The notes: generated by a model not told the origin, from the letters alone. Numbered from the stretch's first letter, positions 39,337-49,695 are shown. The stretch is 64,000 nucleotides of DNA from an uncultured Holophaga sp. (GCA_963664825.1 OY761614.1:1632001-1696000), one strand, 5' to 3'. Numbers and translations: made by a program.

Positions 39337-39716
39337 TCTATATTACTGTCGAATTGCATATGGTCGAATCAAGATTTAGTCCATTATGAAATAACGGAGA
39401 AATTCAATATCTGCGCGATTATTGGTTTTTGAATTGTGGTATAATGATAAATGTATAGGTCAAAATGGATGTTGGCGAGGAGCTAAGTCTCAGACACTGC
39501 TTGACGCCGATCGAGCGTGAAAGCAGCTGGTTTGCATCGGACAGTACCTTCGCGAGCCTGAGTGGTCGGCACTGTATAATCCAACAAACGCAATCCTGAT
39601 ACGTTTTTATGGGGATCTATCGCATTTAAGAAAGATTAGGGTGAGCTGGGTGGTGAATACGATGGGATAATCTCTAGGTCAAGGCATACGGGTCACTAGT
39701 GTCCCACGATTGCATT

Positions 39717-40208
39717 GGCTATGTTCGCGTTGTTCGTTGGTAGTGATCTGCCCCGAGTGAAACCCGGATGAGTTTGCTTGGCGTGAGGGTTTCGGAGTGG
39801 CCATCCAGGAGGCGGTGCCAGCCGAGGTAGTTGGGGAGATAGTAGGTGCCGACGCCATGGAACCGGGCGATCCAGGCCTTGAGGCGGCTGTAGTAGGCGT
39901 TGACGTTCTGGACGTGGAAGGCCTGGCGAATGCGTATGTGGGCACTCAGGTTCACAGATTCGTGCACGATGGCCATGGATTTGGCGAACGCTTCGTAAAC
40001 CGGGCACCCTACGGAACCGGCCTCGCCGGAACTCTTACACCACGAGATGGGACGCGGGCTCTCCACCAGCGCGTTTCGTTGCCCCGGCGTCAATCGCCCT
40101 ACGGATTCCAGCATCCCCTCGAAGGCTTCCTTGCGCATGGCAACCTCCCGCACAAGTCCAGTTCACTTATCGACTTGGGAAATACCCATGATTAGCGCAG
40201 ACATAGCC
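39717..40208 (-). mobile_element. Internally deleted IS1595-family element (492 bp, MITE-like)
   Basis: Terminal IRs ggctatgt.../...acatagcc; 8-bp target duplication attgcatt (39709-39716 and 40209-40216); transposase C-terminus FHVQNVNAYYSRLKAWIARFHGVGTYYLPNYLGW. Confidence 0.92.
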
Positions 40209-40275
40209 ATTGCATTTGTATCTATTTTATGTGTACCTGTTATCTGCGAAGGTCCTCTGTCCATCTGGAGCTCCA

Positions 40276-41496
40276 TTGGAATGCGATTCTCAGCCTCGAT
40301 CATCCCTCTTCCGTCAGGAGGCCCTGGAACATCTATTTAAAAATCATGATATCCGTGAACCCTTGTGGGTCTCGCCTCCCTGGACCTGGTTGCTCTTCTT
40401 CGCCCTCGGAAGCGTCTTGCTGGTGGCCCTTCTGGCGGCAATCGTCGGCAAGGTAGAAGTTCAGGACACGGGCAAGGGGATTCTGCACCCTGTGGCGGGT
40501 GTGCGCCTGATCCAGGCTCAGGTTGGGGGAGTGCTGGCCGAGACCTATGCTCACAGTGGCGATACCTTGAGAGAAGGCCAGCCCATCGCCCGCATTGATT
40601 CGGCCCAGGTGCAGGGCGCCATCCTGGAAACGGATCGTCAGTTGCAGCTCCTTCGCTCCCAGGGGCAAACCTTCACCGAGCGAGAAGACAAGTTGCTCCA
40701 GGAACAACTTCGCGCCGTCCAGACGAAGCTTGTCCATCAGAACACGCAAGTGAAAAGCTTTGAGAGTTCCGTGAAAATCCAGGAAAAGAGAGTGGAAGCT
40801 ACGCGCAGACTGCTTGTGGAAAAATTGGTGGCACCCATCAATCTAGACGAGGCTCAAGATCAACTCAATGCGGCCCTACGCACACTCGATAGCGCGAAGC
40901 AGCAAATGGTGCAGCTTCGCCAGGAGTTTTCGACTCTTGAGAGCCAGCGGCAACGCAACCAGTGGCAACGGCTCCAGGACCTGAATGGCTCCCAGTCCAA
41001 GCGGGATGCCCTGGATTCGTCCTTGCGTCAGACCAATGTCGTAGCGCCGGTGGCGGGTTTTCTGGAAGCCCTGGTGGCGCGTCCAGGGGATCTTCTTCAG
41101 CCGGGGCAGACCATCGCCAAGATTATCTCCGAGGATTCACCGCTGCAGGTGGTGGCCTTCCTGCCCGAAAAGGACCGGGCCTTCGTCAAGTCGGGCGATC
41201 AGGTATTGCTGGAAATGGAGGCCTATCTTTTCACGGAGTTTGGCACATTGAAAGGCCGCGTCACGCGCATTGGGTCTGATCTGGCCTCTCAGTATGAAAT
41301 CCAGGAAGCCCGTGGGGAAACGGGCAAGCTGGATACGCCAGCCTATCGCGTGGAGATCGAACTGCGGCCCGAGCGCTCCAAGCGTTTCTCGGGCGTGAAG
41401 ATCCGCCCCGGTATGCTGCTTTCGGCTCGCTTTACCCTGCGGCGGCAGCGCCTCATCACCATCGTGCTGGATCCCCTGCGACGCTGGCTGGAGTAG
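40276..41496 (+). CDS. HlyD-family membrane fusion protein of a peptide exporter
   Basis: SLFRQEAL N-terminus, one TM, lipoyl-like halves, coiled coil, EFGTLKGRV, IRPGM; probable TTG start after GGAG. Confidence 0.9.
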   Translation: MECDSQPRSSLFRQEALEHLFKNHDIREPLWVSPPWTWLLFFALGSVLLVALLAAIVGKVEVQDTGKGILHPVAGVRLIQAQVGGVLAETYAHSGDTLREGQPIARIDSAQVQGAILETDRQLQLLRSQGQTFTEREDKLLQEQLRAVQTKLVHQNTQVKSFESSVKIQEKRVEATRRLLVEKLVAPINLDEAQDQLNAALRTLDSAKQQMVQLRQEFSTLESQRQRNQWQRLQDLNGSQSKRDALDSSLRQTNVVAPVAGFLEALVARPGDLLQPGQTIAKIISEDSPLQVVAFLPEKDRAFVKSGDQVLLEMEAYLFTEFGTLKGRVTRIGSDLASQYEIQEARGETGKLDTPAYRVEIELRPERSKRFSGVKIRPGMLLSARFTLRRQRLITIVLDPLRRWLE

Positions 41497-41502
41497 CCCG
41501 TG

Positions 41503-42329
41503 ATGCACCGCGTTCCTTACGTCCCCCAGATGGAAATGGTGGAGTGCGGCGCCGCCGCGCTGGCTATGGTGATGGGCTATTGGGGCCATCATGCGCCCCT
41601 TCCAGAGGTGCGCGAGGCCTGCAAGGTCTCTCGGGATGGCGCCAACGCCGCCAATATCCTTCAAGCTGGGCGGAGTTTTGGCCTGGAGGCCGAGGCCGTG
41701 AAGGTGGAGGTGCAGCACATTCGGGATCTTCCTCTTCCCGCAATTCTCCACTGGGAGTTCAAGCATTTCGTGGTGTTGGAGCGCATCACCTCCAGGGGTG
41801 TCCATATCGTGGATCCTGGGATGGGCAGGCGCTTCGTCACTTGGGCGGAATTTCGAACATCATTTACGGGAGTGGCGCTGGTATTCGCTCCCGATGACGA
41901 CTTTGTCGAACGTAAGCGGCGCTTCCCAAGCTTGGGCCGCTACCTGGAAATCCTGCGGAGCGTTCGGCCCAGTCTCGTGCAGCTTCTGGGGGCTTCCCTC
42001 ATGCTCCAGGCTGTGGGTCTGATATTTCCCGTGGCCAGTCAGGTCCTGGTGGACCGGGTGCTTTTGCCCCACTACCAGCCTTGGTTATGGGGACTTGCAG
42101 TGGGTCTCGCGTCTGCCGTGATCGGATACCTGGCCAACGCCAGCTCGTGGCTATCACAGCGGTCCTGGCCTCAGACAAACATCTCCTGCTCCTGGACGAA
42201 GTCCTTTCCAATCTAGACTGGGTGAGCCGCCAGCGTATCCTCCAATGCCCCCGGTTCAAAGGCAGAACCATCATCTATGCAAGTCATGAGGAAGTCCTGG
42301 TGGGAAGAGAAGAGGGGAAAATGTTGTAA
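41503..42329 (+). pseudogene. C39-peptidase ABC transporter with a large internal deletion
   Basis: Intact C39 domain (QMEMVECG, LHWEFKHFVVL, IVDP) and about 2 TM helices. Near 42125 it jumps into another frame encoding an ABC C-terminus (PGQRQL..LLLLDEVLSNLD..ASHEE). Most of the TMD and Walker A are absent. Confidence 0.85.
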
Positions 42330-42402
42330 TTATTTATTAATTGAATTGCATTAGGCGGTGGTTTCATGCATGGCATAGCCCCCGGCTAAACTGAGACAAT
42401 AA

Positions 42403-43740
42403 ATGCACCCCTTCCCGGAGATCCCCCAGGCCCGCATGATCCTCGACCCCGAGGGGCTGGAGGCCTACCGGCGGGACGAATCCCATCTCCAGGGGCCAAG
42501 GCCCCTGGCCGTGGTGAAGCCCCGCGGTCCCCAGGCCCTTCGGGAGCTGGTGCGCCTGGCCAAGACCGAAGGCTTCGCCTTGGTGCCCCGGGGCACGGGC
42601 ACGGGGAAGGCCGGGGGCTGCGTGCCCACGGAGCGATGCGTGGTGGTGGACTTGAGTGAATGGCCTGGGGAGATCCGCATCTCCCGCCCGGATCTCGCCC
42701 TCCAGGCTCCGGCCAGCGTGCTCCTGAGGGAGGTGAAGGCCGCTGCCTTGGCTCAGGGCCTCTTCTATGCCCCTGATCCGAATTCCTGGGATCAATGCTC
42801 CTTTGGCGGCACCCTGGCCACCAACGCGGGTGGGCCCTCCGCCGCCAAGTACGGCATGACCCGGCACTGGGTGTTGGCGGTGGAGGCCCTCATGGGCGAC
42901 GGCGAGATCCACACCTTCGGCATTCCCACCGTGAAGAACAACGCCGGGCCCGCCCTGGCCCAACTCCTGGTGGGCAGCGAGGGCATCTTCGGCATCCTGC
43001 TGGGCGCCACCGTGCGCTTGATCCCCGCGCCCCGGGAGCGGCTCACCCTGCTCTTGCCCGCCCGGGATTGGCACAGCCTCCTGGAATTGCCCTCCCTGCT
43101 GGTGGGCGCGGGACTCCTGCCCAGCGCCTTCGAGTTCTGGGACCCGGCGGTGCTGGAGCTGTTGCGCCACTTTGGCCCCGAAGAGGCCCGCCGGATGCCG
43201 GGAGAGGGTCTCGCCCTGCTGGAATTCGATGATCCGGGCTGCGGAACGGAAGCCTTCCTGGAACAACTGCTGGAGCTCCTCGGCCCGGTCTCCGAGGATC
43301 TGCAGAGCGCCACCGACGCCCGCCAGCGGGAAGCCCTCTGGGCCATCCGTCGCCAGACCAGCGTCGTGCTCAAGGATCACTTCCCCCGGAAGATGAGCGA
43401 GGATATCGTCGTGCCGAGAAGCCAGGTGCGCGCTTTCTTTGAGGGTGTAGACGCCCTCCATCTGCCCCTGGTGACCTACGGGCACCTGGGGGATGGCAAT
43501 CTGCACGTGAATTTCCTCCAGGCCGGGGAATGCGCGCCCCCGGAGATGGAGGCCCATCTGATGGCCCTATTCCGTCTATGTCTCCGGTTGGGGGGCACCC
43601 TCAGCGGCGAACATGGCATCGGCCTGGCCAAGCGGGAGGCCTTTCTGGCCCTCTCCGATCCGTACCAGATCCAGGCCCTGCGCGCCCTCAAGGGGGCCCT
43701 GGACCCCTTCGCCCTCTTTAATCCCGGAAAGGTCATTTGA
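42403..43740 (+). CDS. FAD-linked oxidase (GlcD/D-lactate dehydrogenase family)
   Basis: PRGTGTGKAGG, APDPNS, GGTLATNAGG, GSEG, GHLGDGNLH, SGEHGIG, NPGK. Confidence 0.92.
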   Translation: MHPFPEIPQARMILDPEGLEAYRRDESHLQGPRPLAVVKPRGPQALRELVRLAKTEGFALVPRGTGTGKAGGCVPTERCVVVDLSEWPGEIRISRPDLALQAPASVLLREVKAAALAQGLFYAPDPNSWDQCSFGGTLATNAGGPSAAKYGMTRHWVLAVEALMGDGEIHTFGIPTVKNNAGPALAQLLVGSEGIFGILLGATVRLIPAPRERLTLLLPARDWHSLLELPSLLVGAGLLPSAFEFWDPAVLELLRHFGPEEARRMPGEGLALLEFDDPGCGTEAFLEQLLELLGPVSEDLQSATDARQREALWAIRRQTSVVLKDHFPRKMSEDIVVPRSQVRAFFEGVDALHLPLVTYGHLGDGNLHVNFLQAGECAPPEMEAHLMALFRLCLRLGGTLSGEHGIGLAKREAFLALSDPYQIQALRALKGALDPFALFNPGKVI

Positions 43741-45347
43741 TGCGATCTCCCTTCGCTGCGGTGCTCATGGCGGGCATGGCTCTGGGCATTCTTCAGGGGG
43801 CCCCTCCCAAGAAGGCGGCCCCGAAGACTCAAGCCCGCAAGGCCCTGCCCGATATCCCGGCAGCCGGGGCCAGCGGCGAGCTTCTGGACCTGGAGAGCGG
43901 GCGCAGTCGGGCCCTCGGCGCCATGCTGGAGAGCCGCACGGATTTCCAGGCCACGGCCTTTCCCGAGGGCCGAGTCCTGATCACCGGCGGCAGCCTGAAG
44001 GGGGGCACGACGGAGTGGTTCGACCCTGGCACCCGGCGTTTCACGGCGGGTCCCTCCATGGCCCAGGCGCGCCAGGGCCACAGTGCGCTGCTCCTGAAGG
44101 ACGGCCGGCTGCTGGTGGCAGGGGGCACGGAGAACCCCTCGGCGGCGGAGATCCTGGATCCGGCCACCGGGAAATTCGAAGCCCTGCCCGGGGATATCCG
44201 TTTCGGCCTTTCCGCCGAGCTCCTGGAGACCGAAGGTGGGGTATTGCTGGTGGATGGACAGACGGGTGCGTGCTGGCTCTGGGGCGGACAGGCCAAGGCT
44301 CCCCGATCCACAGGCAGCCTGGGGAACCCCCGGCTTTTCTTCCGTGCCCTGCGCCTCGGGGATGGGCGCGTGCTGGTGACGGGGGGCTGGCGCCCGGAAC
44401 CTTCCAAGGCAAGGCGGCCCCTGCCATCCAAACCCGTCTCCGCCGATATTCCCGCCGAGATCTTCAATCCCCGGAAGGGCCGCTGGAGCGCCTGGAAGGC
44501 TTCCCTTAGGCCCCGGGCGCGCCACCAGGCGGCCCTGTTGCCGGATGGAAGGGTGGCCCTCTTCGGGGGCTTCGGCGCCCGGGCGGAGATCGCCGAGGAC
44601 AGCCTGGAGATCCTGGATCCCATCCATGAGAGCGTGACGGTGGCCGGGAGGCTCTCCCCCAGGGGGCTCCCTTCCCCGGGGTGGGCCTCTCTGGGAGAGG
44701 GCGGCCTCTATCTTCCCGAGGGCGCCACCTCCCCGTGGAAGATCACTGCGCCTGAGGGGTGGCTGAATCCGGGCCCCACGGCCTGGCGTCTGGGCAATGC
44801 CTATCAGGCTCCCGTCCTGGTGCCCCTCAAGGGCATGGGGCTGCTGGTGGTGGGCTCCAGCGTATGGGGCCCCGGCTTGGAGCGCTGGGATCCCCGGATT
44901 GGCCAGTGCCAGTATCTGGGGGCCCTGCGGGCGGGCACGGAAACTTTGAGTCTGGTGGGCGGCAAGGTGCTCGCCCTCGGGCCCATCGTGGACGCCGTGG
45001 ATCCCAAGACCGGTGCGCTCACGGTCCTGGGCAGGCGCGAGGAACTGACAGCCCAGCTAAAGCAGGGCCGGACCCCAGGCGCTCCGCAGCCCCTCGGCCT
45101 GCCGCCCTTCCCCCCGGGGCAGGTCCTGCGGGATTGCCTGGTCCTGCGCCTGGATGCCCAGAAGGCGCTCGTCCTGGGAGGGCGTTCGGAGGCTTTCCCC
45201 GAGGGCACGGACCAGGTCTGGGTCTGGGATCTGAAGAAGAAGACCCTCAGGCCCAGTGGCCCCATGAAGACCAAGCGGGTCTTCCCGGCCATCCCCCAGG
45301 GCCAGGGGGCGCTCAAGCTGGGGGACGGTTCTGTGCTCATCTGGTAG
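43740..45347 (+). CDS. Secreted Kelch-repeat protein
   Basis: Signal peptide; repeated R..H.A.LL.DGR.L..GG......AE..DP motifs. Confidence 0.8.
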   Translation: MRSPFAAVLMAGMALGILQGAPPKKAAPKTQARKALPDIPAAGASGELLDLESGRSRALGAMLESRTDFQATAFPEGRVLITGGSLKGGTTEWFDPGTRRFTAGPSMAQARQGHSALLLKDGRLLVAGGTENPSAAEILDPATGKFEALPGDIRFGLSAELLETEGGVLLVDGQTGACWLWGGQAKAPRSTGSLGNPRLFFRALRLGDGRVLVTGGWRPEPSKARRPLPSKPVSADIPAEIFNPRKGRWSAWKASLRPRARHQAALLPDGRVALFGGFGARAEIAEDSLEILDPIHESVTVAGRLSPRGLPSPGWASLGEGGLYLPEGATSPWKITAPEGWLNPGPTAWRLGNAYQAPVLVPLKGMGLLVVGSSVWGPGLERWDPRIGQCQYLGALRAGTETLSLVGGKVLALGPIVDAVDPKTGALTVLGRREELTAQLKQGRTPGAPQPLGLPPFPPGQVLRDCLVLRLDAQKALVLGGRSEAFPEGTDQVWVWDLKKKTLRPSGPMKTKRVFPAIPQGQGALKLGDGSVLIW

Positions 45348-45385
45348 AGCTGGGGAACATCATGGAATTTCCACCGGAGGCAATC

Positions 45386-46033
45386 ATGCCCTTGATCCTT
45401 GGCCACCGCGGCCTTTCCGCAAAGCATCTGGAGAATTCCGGGGAGGCCTTTCGCGCCGCCCTCCAGGCGGGCATGGACGGCTTCGAACTGGATGTCCAGC
45501 CCACCCAGGACGGCGTCTCCATGGTGCTCCACGATGATGATCTGGCCCGTACGGCGAGCGCTTCGGGCCTCCTCCGGCAGATGAGGTCCACGGAACTGCC
45601 GCGGCTCAAGAACGGCGAGGAGGTTCCCAGGCTCTCGGATGTGCTGGAACTGCCCGCCCGGCTCATCAATGTGGAGCTCAAGGGGGAACCGGGCTGGAAG
45701 CAGGCCCTGGCCGCCGTGGATGCGGCCGAGGCCCTGGACCGGGTGCTCTTCTCCAGCTTCGAGCCCAGCGAGGTGCTCCAGCTCTGGGCGGAATGCCCCG
45801 AAGCCCGGTGCGGCTTCCTGTGGGAGACCGAGGAAGCCGAGGCGCTCACCGAGGAGGAACTGGGCGGCCTCCCTCCCAAACTGATGCTCCACCTGCCTCT
45901 GGAGGCCGTGCAGGCCCGCCCGGAATTCTGGAGGCCCTACGCCGATCGGCTGGTGCTGTGGGGCATGAAGACGCCCGGAGAGGCCGCAGGGCTCGGCTTC
46001 GCACCCGCGATCCTCATCACCGACGGGCTCTGA
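45386..46033 (+). CDS. Glycerophosphodiester phosphodiesterase
   Basis: GHRG, ENS, ELDV, LHD, NVELK, SSF; GGAGG RBS. Confidence 0.9.
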   Translation: MPLILGHRGLSAKHLENSGEAFRAALQAGMDGFELDVQPTQDGVSMVLHDDDLARTASASGLLRQMRSTELPRLKNGEEVPRLSDVLELPARLINVELKGEPGWKQALAAVDAAEALDRVLFSSFEPSEVLQLWAECPEARCGFLWETEEAEALTEEELGGLPPKLMLHLPLEAVQARPEFWRPYADRLVLWGMKTPGEAAGLGFAPAILITDGL

Positions 46034-46037
46034 GGTC

Positions 46038-47345
46038 CTACGGACGCCGGGGGAGGCTGCGTTGCAGGCTCCCCAGCTGGAACCCCGCCCAGTACCAGAG
46101 TCCCGATAGCCCCACAGCAATAGCTGCCACGGGTACGGCCAGCCAGCCCAGGCAGGCCGGGGCCCAGGCCCCCAGGAAGTCCCCGCCCCGGTAGACGAAG
46201 GTGTCGATGAAGGGCTTGGATTTGTATTTCTCGTCGGGCCCCAGGGGGATGTAGAGGATCTCCCGGGCGGGCCGGTCCACGGCGTAGTGCAGGCCCCTTC
46301 GCAGCACCTGGAAGAGGGCGAGCACGACGAAGGTGGGCCAGATCCAGAGGGCGCCGAAGCCTGCGATGGTCATGACGGGCAGCAGGACGAGCACGGGCCT
46401 CAATCCGAAGGTGGTGATCAGCCTGCCCGTGAGGAAGAGTTGGGTCAAAAGCGTCAGGATGTTCACCCACAGATCGATGCGCGCGAAGGCTGCCGTGCGG
46501 GCCGCCGAACTGGTGAAGGCCTTGGCCACGATGCTGCCCTGGGCCATGTAGAGGAGGGTGGTCGTGAGGGTAAAGAGCAGGATGTAGGCGCAGATGAGCG
46601 CCAGGTAGCGGGACTTTCCGATGAGACGCAGCCCTTCCAGGAAGCCGGGCCCCGGCTCCCGGGGGCCCCCGGCCTTATTACCCAGTTGGTAGCGCCGGGC
46701 CAGGGCCAACACGCACTGGGTGGCCAGCTCCAGGAAGGCCGCGGCCACCAGGATGAGGGCACCGGGGCTGGCCTTCACGGGCAGGGAAAACCCGAAGGCG
46801 ATTCCGCGACTGAGGGCCTCCGTGAGGCCCGCTCCCACGATGGCGCCCAGGGTGCCCCCCATGGCGATGAAGGCGAAGAGGCGCTGGCCCTGCTCCTCCT
46901 CGAAGAGATCGGACATGAAACCCCAGAACACGCTCACCACGAAGAGGTTGTAGACGCTCAGCCAGACGTAAAAGGTATAGCCCAGGCCTGGGCCGCCGTG
47001 TCCCGGGAGCAGTTGGAAGAGCCCAAAGAAGACCAGCAGATTCAGCCCGAAGAACCGGTAGGCCATGGGGATGAAGCGCCGCCGGGGCAGGTGCGAGACG
47101 AGGGCGGCGAAGGCCGGATTGGCCAGCAGCATGGCCAACAGCGTCCCCGTCATCAGCCAGGGCAGCTTGTCGGCCCCCCGGGCGATACCCATGGCCTCCC
47201 GCAGGGGCCGAAGCAGGTAGTAGCCCAGCATGAGGCAGAAGAAGTAGGCCGATGAAAGCAGCAGCGCCCGCCCCTCGCCGGGCTTCACGCTCACCAGTCG
47301 TCCCAGGAGGCCCGGTCTTGGCGCGGTATCAGGGACTTCATGCAT
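46038..47345 (-). CDS. MFS-fold NTP/NDP exchange (ATP/ADP translocase-like) transporter
   Basis: YYLLRPLRE, SVFW.FMSD.F, RPARE.LY, KYKSKPFIDTFVYRGGD. Confidence 0.85.
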   Translation of the reverse strand: MHEVPDTAPRPGLLGRLVSVKPGEGRALLLSSAYFFCLMLGYYLLRPLREAMGIARGADKLPWLMTGTLLAMLLANPAFAALVSHLPRRRFIPMAYRFFGLNLLVFFGLFQLLPGHGGPGLGYTFYVWLSVYNLFVVSVFWGFMSDLFEEEQGQRLFAFIAMGGTLGAIVGAGLTEALSRGIAFGFSLPVKASPGALILVAAAFLELATQCVLALARRYQLGNKAGGPREPGPGFLEGLRLIGKSRYLALICAYILLFTLTTTLLYMAQGSIVAKAFTSSAARTAAFARIDLWVNILTLLTQLFLTGRLITTFGLRPVLVLLPVMTIAGFGALWIWPTFVVLALFQVLRRGLHYAVDRPAREILYIPLGPDEKYKSKPFIDTFVYRGGDFLGAWAPACLGWLAVPVAAIAVGLSGLWYWAGFQLGSLQRSLPRRP

Positions 47346-47413
47346 GGCATTCTCCAGATTCGTGGCTTGCATTGGATACTCGAGCGATTATATATGTAAG
47401 CTTACGAGGCATT

Positions 47414-47427
47414 GTGAATCGATTCAC
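47414..47427. promoter_or_regulatory. Perfect palindrome, LacI-family-like operator
   Basis: gtgaatcgattcac in the divergent gap; central CG typical of LacI/GalR sites. Confidence 0.5.
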
Positions 47428-47452
47428 CTTCGGCCCATTTCCAGGAGCTCCC

Positions 47453-48571
47453 ATGGCCCTTCTTCGACGGCTCTTCCCTCCGTGGATCTTCGTTCTAGGC
47501 GCTTTCGCGTGCCTGCCCGGGAGCCTCTCCGCCGCGCCCGTGAAGCCCCTGCGCATCCTGATTCTGGGAGGCACGGGCTATCTGGGGCCCGCCACCATCG
47601 AGGCCGCCCAGGCCCGGGGCCACAGGGTGACGATGTTCAACCGCGGCAAGACCCGTCCGGATCTCTTCCCTGGCGTCGAGAGGCTCCACGGGGAGCGTGA
47701 TCCCCTGAAGGGCGAGGGTCTGAAGGCCTTGGAAAAGGGCGAATGGGACGTGGTCATCGATAACAGCGCCTACTACCCGCGCCTGGTGAAGGTCTCGGCG
47801 GAACTGCTGGCCAAGCGTTGCAGGCAGTACATCCTCATCAGCTCCATCTCCGCCTACAAGGAACCCAATCCCGTCCGCGGCGATGAGGCCGCGCCCCTGG
47901 CCACCATGCCCGATCCGGCCCTGGAAAATATGGGCAAGAATTCCGAATACTACGGCGCCCTGAAGGCCCTCTGTGAGCAGGCCGCAGAAAAGGCCATGCC
48001 CGGCCGGGTGACGGTGGTGCGCCCAGGCTACATCGTGGGCCCCGATGACCCCACCGGGCGCTTCACCTATTGGCCCGCCCGCTTCCAGCGGGGCGGCGAG
48101 ATCGCCGTGCCGGGCCGGGCTTCCGATCCCATCCAGATCATCGATGTGCGGGATCTGGGCAAGTGGCTGGTGCGCCTGGCGGAAAATGGCACAACGGGCA
48201 CCTTCAACGCCTGCGGTCCCGAGAAGGCACTGACCTGGGGGCGTGTGATCGAGGCCTGCCAGAGGGCCACCTTCACTCAGTCCACCCTCCAATGGATACC
48301 GGCGACCTTCGTGACCCAGCAGGACGGGCTGGAATTCCCCATCTGGGCTCCCGCCGAGGGGGAGACCCGGGGCTTTCATACCTGGAACAATGCCAAGGCC
48401 ATCAAGGCCGGACTGCGGTTCCGCCCTGTGGAGGAGACCGTGAAGGACACGCTGGCTTGGTTCAAGACCCAGGAGACCCTGGAGAAGGGCCGGAACAAGC
48501 TGGCGGGCCCCAGTCTTGATGCCGAGGCCAAGCTCCTGGCCGCCTGGAAGGCCGCGGCCAAGAAAAAGTAG
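47453..48571 (+). CDS. NAD-dependent epimerase/isoflavone-reductase-like SDR with N-terminal signal-like segment
   Basis: [40 protein letters not shown]. Confidence 0.88.
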   Translation: MALLRRLFPPWIFVLGAFACLPGSLSAAPVKPLRILILGGTGYLGPATIEAAQARGHRVTMFNRGKTRPDLFPGVERLHGERDPLKGEGLKALEKGEWDVVIDNSAYYPRLVKVSAELLAKRCRQYILISSISAYKEPNPVRGDEAAPLATMPDPALENMGKNSEYYGALKALCEQAAEKAMPGRVTVVRPGYIVGPDDPTGRFTYWPARFQRGGEIAVPGRASDPIQIIDVRDLGKWLVRLAENGTTGTFNACGPEKALTWGRVIEACQRATFTQSTLQWIPATFVTQQDGLEFPIWAPAEGETRGFHTWNNAKAIKAGLRFRPVEETVKDTLAWFKTQETLEKGRNKLAGPSLDAEAKLLAAWKAAAKKK

Positions 48572-48702
48572 GTTCGGGGGGATTTTTGGAAGAGGGGTCG
48601 CCCAGGACGGGTTCCCGTGGTGAAATTATTGTTTCGCCTCGTGAAGGGTCCGCGCGTCCCCTTCCCAGGGTTTGTCCCAACGATGCCGACGGAGAATCAA
48701 CC

Positions 48703-49695
48703 ATGGCCGTCAACCTCAAGGGTCGCAGCTTCCTCACCCTCATGGACTTCACGCCTTCTGAAGTCCGCTACATGCTCGATCTCAGTCACGATCTGAAGGC
48801 CAAGAAGCGGATGGGCGTCTTCAACTACCTGCTCAAAGGCAAGAACATCGTCCTGCTCTTCGAAAAGGCCTCCACGCGCACGCGCTGCGCCTTCGAGGTG
48901 GGGGCCCTGGAAGAAGGCGCCCACGTCACCTTCCTGGATTCCAATAGCTCCCAGATGGGCAAGAAGGAGAGCCTGGAAGATACCGCCAAGGTGCTGGGCC
49001 GCTTCTTCGATGGCATCGAGTATCGCGGCTTCAAGCAGGAGGTGGTGGAACAGCTGGCCAAGCATAGCGGCGTGCCCGTCTGGAATGGCCTCACGGATTC
49101 CGATCACCCCACCCAGATCCTGGCCGATTTCCTCACCATCGAGGAGCACTGCGCCAAGCCCCTCAGCAAGGTGAAGCTGGTCTTCTGCGGCGATATCCGC
49201 AACAACATGAGCTACGCCCTGATGTATGGCGCGGCCAAGACCGGCATGCACTTCGTGGCTCTCGGCCCCGATAGCCTCAACCCCGATCCCAAGGTGCTGG
49301 CCGTCGCTCGCGAAGCCGCCAAGGAGACCGGCGCCATCATCGAGGTCTGCCACGACATGAAGACCGCCGTGAAGGACGCCGATGTGCTCTACACGGATGT
49401 CTGGGCCTCCATGGGCGAAGAGGCCCTGATCCCCGAGCGCGTCAAGCAACTCACCCCCTACAAGGTCACGATGGAAATGATCGAAGCCACCGGCAACAAG
49501 GACGTGCTCTTCCTGCACTGCCTGCCCGCCTTCCACGACTTCGAGACCAAGCTGGCCAAGGAGCAGAAGGAGAAGGGCTTCGATATCCGGGAAGTCACCG
49601 ACGAGGTCTTCCGCTCCCGCCACAGCGTCGTCTTCGACGAGGCGGAAAACCGCATGCACACGATCAAGGCCGTGATGGTCGCCACCATCGGGTAA
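48703..49695 (+). CDS. argF: Ornithine carbamoyltransferase
   Basis: [38 protein letters not shown]...WNGLT resembles the ArcB/ArgI type. Confidence 0.94.
   Translation: MAVNLKGRSFLTLMDFTPSEVRYMLDLSHDLKAKKRMGVFNYLLKGKNIVLLFEKASTRTRCAFEVGALEEGAHVTFLDSNSSQMGKKESLEDTAKVLGRFFDGIEYRGFKQEVVEQLAKHSGVPVWNGLTDSDHPTQILADFLTIEEHCAKPLSKVKLVFCGDIRNNMSYALMYGAAKTGMHFVALGPDSLNPDPKVLAVAREAAKETGAIIEVCHDMKTAVKDADVLYTDVWASMGEEALIPERVKQLTPYKVTMEMIEATGNKDVLFLHCLPAFHDFETKLAKEQKEKGFDIREVTDEVFRSRHSVVFDEAENRMHTIKAVMVATIG

Noticed and set aside
39467..39601. 44-aa ORF MDVGEELSLRHC... as a second precursor peptide
   Set aside because: No good RBS, no GG/GA cleavage motif at a leader-like position and no similarity to the 36924 leader.
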